A DNA stretch of 63,842 bases, filler included, from Trichosphaerium sp. ATCC 40318 (taxonomy: Eukaryota; Protista; Tubulinea): NCBI GenBank assembly GCA_038496445.1. It is 5 parts of 5 records of this genome, joined end to end, with 100 filler letters (N's around TTAATTAATTAA, not from the genome) between each part and the next. Parts side by side here need not be neighbours in the genome. Positions count along the whole stretch, not along the records: positions 56,215 to 63,842 come from JALMLS010000201.1; 4 more parts are not named here. The stretch is one strand, 5' to 3'. Made by a program: the position numbers and the translations under genes. Each line of letters opens with the position of its first letter. The stretch's first letter is position 1. A model generated the notes under the pieces. That model had not been told where the DNA came from. It did not search any database and was given only the letters and a program-made list of their open reading frames with translations. Below are positions 61,721-63,842 of this stretch, piece by piece.

Positions 61721-62378
61721 AACCATTTTCCTTTTTTTGTCAAAATTCTCTGCAGTAGTTGAGGTTATGATTTGTATGACAACTCCCTTTATCTTTTTAG
61801 CTACTTTAGCTGTACAATAAATAATCTTATTTGTAGTTGTCAAAACATACAATAACGGATTTTGTATGAACGGAAGATGTAACCGCATTCACTAAGGAAC
61901 TTCATTCACGACTAATCGCAAAGCTTTCAAAAACCAAAAGTCCGAGGTCATTTTACCAAATGTGGATTTAATTGTAGCTCCTTGTAAATAGCACGTCAGT
62001 GTTCGCTGATGACAGATTATAACCTCAAATAGCCGAAAGCAGTATTAGTTCTGAAAACGGAAAACTGGGTATTTTTAGTTCAGATCCTCGTCGTTAATTT
62101 TGCTTTAATATACTTTAAACGCGTAGGATATTCTTAAACAAACGCGTTTCGGGTGTTTGTTCGCGTTTTATATTGCGTCGATCTTTTCGGAGATAGACGC
62201 TGACGTATCAATTCTATGTGCATCCACAATGTGTGGCAGTAGCCACATCCATGTAGTTAAGCAAATTAAAGTTGAAGTTGCAAAAAAATAACGACATTGT
62301 TAGATTGATGGCTTGTTTTGGCATTTTCGGTGAAACGGGAGTTGAAAAATTTCCATTTTAATGTACCAATCTCTATCG

Positions 62379-63386
62379 ATGGACCTGACGGAGGTGACTT
62401 CATATTTTTGTACTTTCTTACGTACTAATATATACACTTAGGAGAGTTTAACGTTATTACAACTTCCTGTAGCTATTCAGCTGTACATTACTGACTTTTC
62501 CGCTGAAACTTATTTATTATGGCCTCTATTATCAAAGAAAGCAGCGACAAGTACTCGTTTTAATGATAGATTACAAAAGAATGGAAAGTGGATACAATTC
62601 CGTAAAACGAAACGCAAACAAATAGTACGACAACAAACGCATTGGAAAAACGGTAAACGACATGGTGAAAGTAAAACATGGACGATGAATGGGAAAAAGA
62701 TCGTCGAACAACGTTTCTACAAAGAGAATAAAAGACACGGTATTCAAAAGGAGTGGCGTAAACGAGGGTGTTTATTAACTCATTACAATTGTAAGGCGGG
62801 TAAACGAAACGGGGAGTACAAATCGTTCTATTCTAATGGAGAACTACAGATAAAGTGTTTTTACGTGGAAGGAAAGAAAGATGGGGAGTTTACAAGGTGG
62901 GGCAGAGACGGGAAAATAAAAGAAGCATTTTTTTACAAAAGCGGAAAGCGAGACGGAGAGTACATGGCTTTCTCTAATGATACGCTTATTTTACGATGTT
63001 TTTATAAGAGAGGCTATAAAGACGGGTTATACGAAGAATGGTATCAGGATAGGACTCAGAAAGTATCAACTTTTTACAAAAACGGAGCAATTCACGGAGA
63101 ATTCAGAAAATGGTTTATTTCTGGGAATCTTCATACCCATGGGTTTTATAAAGGTGGTTTAAAAGTAGGTAAATATGCAGTGTATCATGATAATGGACAA
63201 ACTTTTCTCGAGTGCTCATACAAGAACGATATGCCTCACGGGAATTTTAAAAAATGGGATGAGACTGGCAGTTTATCTCTCAAGTGCGTATACAAGGATA
63301 ATATCCTACATGGCGATTACAAGCAATGGCTCACCTCAGGAAACGCTATATCGTACAAGTATAAGGATGGTAAAATAAAACGGTGA
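62379..63386 (+). CDS. F-box-like + MORN-variant (MORN_2/YwqK-like) repeat protein
   Basis: MDLTE|ESLTLLQLPVAIQLYITDF... in frame with ORF 62685..63386, which holds ~24-aa repeats such as YKNGAIHGEFRKWFISG. Confidence 0.8.
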
Positions 63387-63623
63387 CCGTGTTAACGAAA
63401 TCCAATAAAAAAGCAAGAAAATATCAATACCCGAGCCTGAATAATTCAACGCTGTTAAGCTACAAATGTAGAAAAGGCGACTTGAAAAATGACAATGAGT
63501 CAACTGCGAAGAAGAGTGTTAGTATTGTAGGGAAAAGGCTAGTACGTTTAGCTGTTGTTTAGCTGTTGTTTTGGTCATCAAGTCCTTATCATTATTAGCT
63601 ATTACTTGTCGTAGTAAACAAAA

Positions 63624-63842
63624 CTAGTAGTTTAATCTTTCAGTAATTAATACCATACGATTAACCAGTGATTTGAGAAGATATGCAACAAGCAAATGTT
63701 GCAGATAATAAAGTATGACGATGACGGTCAGATAAAGGAGGAGCGCAGTTATGTTGATGACAATCGTGAAGGGAACATAAGAAGTGGATCCAAATGGACA
63801 ATTATGCAACCACTTTTCATCACTGTCTATACCACCCTATAC
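63624..63842 (-). CDS. 3' end of a possible membrane protein (partial)
   Basis: Hydrophobic ORF tail IVINITALLLYLTVIVILYYL near the window edge. Confidence 0.25.

Noticed and set aside
1-63842. Alternative genetic code to explain fragmented ORFs
   Set aside because: Stops fall inside GT-AG introns or follow homopolymer slips; long exons read cleanly in the standard code and genes end in TAA, TAG and TGA.

Overview
AT-rich, gene-dense eukaryotic (protist) DNA with many short GT-AG introns (donors often GTACGT/GTAAGT) and the standard genetic code. Roco kinases with HRDLRSPN and a CudA-like gene suggest Amoebozoa (inference). The window is five contigs joined by artificial N44-TTAATTAATTAA-N44 linkers, so adjacency across linkers is not biological. 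Contig 1: CudA-like gene, a very large WWx4-UBL-Pro-rich-ANK-LRR-Roc-COR-kinase-WD40 Roco gene, alanine-glyoxylate aminotransferase, a divergent capping protein beta, an SMP-C2 protein and an F-box/LRR gene. Contig 2: a TA-flanked long-TIR MITE and a secreted protein. Contig 3: a spliced ATL-fructosamine kinase-NMNAT-like triple fusion (best novelty candidate), a complete Ngaro-type tyrosine-recombinase retrotransposon inserted in an F-box/SNF2-like gene, a mucin-like gene, an atypical Rab and a divergent EF1A-like GTPase. Contig 4: F-box/LRR, 2OG-Fe(II) dioxygenase and a MORN-Roc-COR-ART-like gene interrupted by a Kolobok-type transposon whose transposase carries F-box-like and SAP-like motifs. 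Contig 5: SDR, cupin, ADPRM and an F-box/MORN2 gene. Recurrent 1-nt indels in homopolymers suggest sequencing error rather than true pseudogenes. All domain calls come from manual motif recognition and hand splicing; no database search was run, and spliced-gene ends are approximate.
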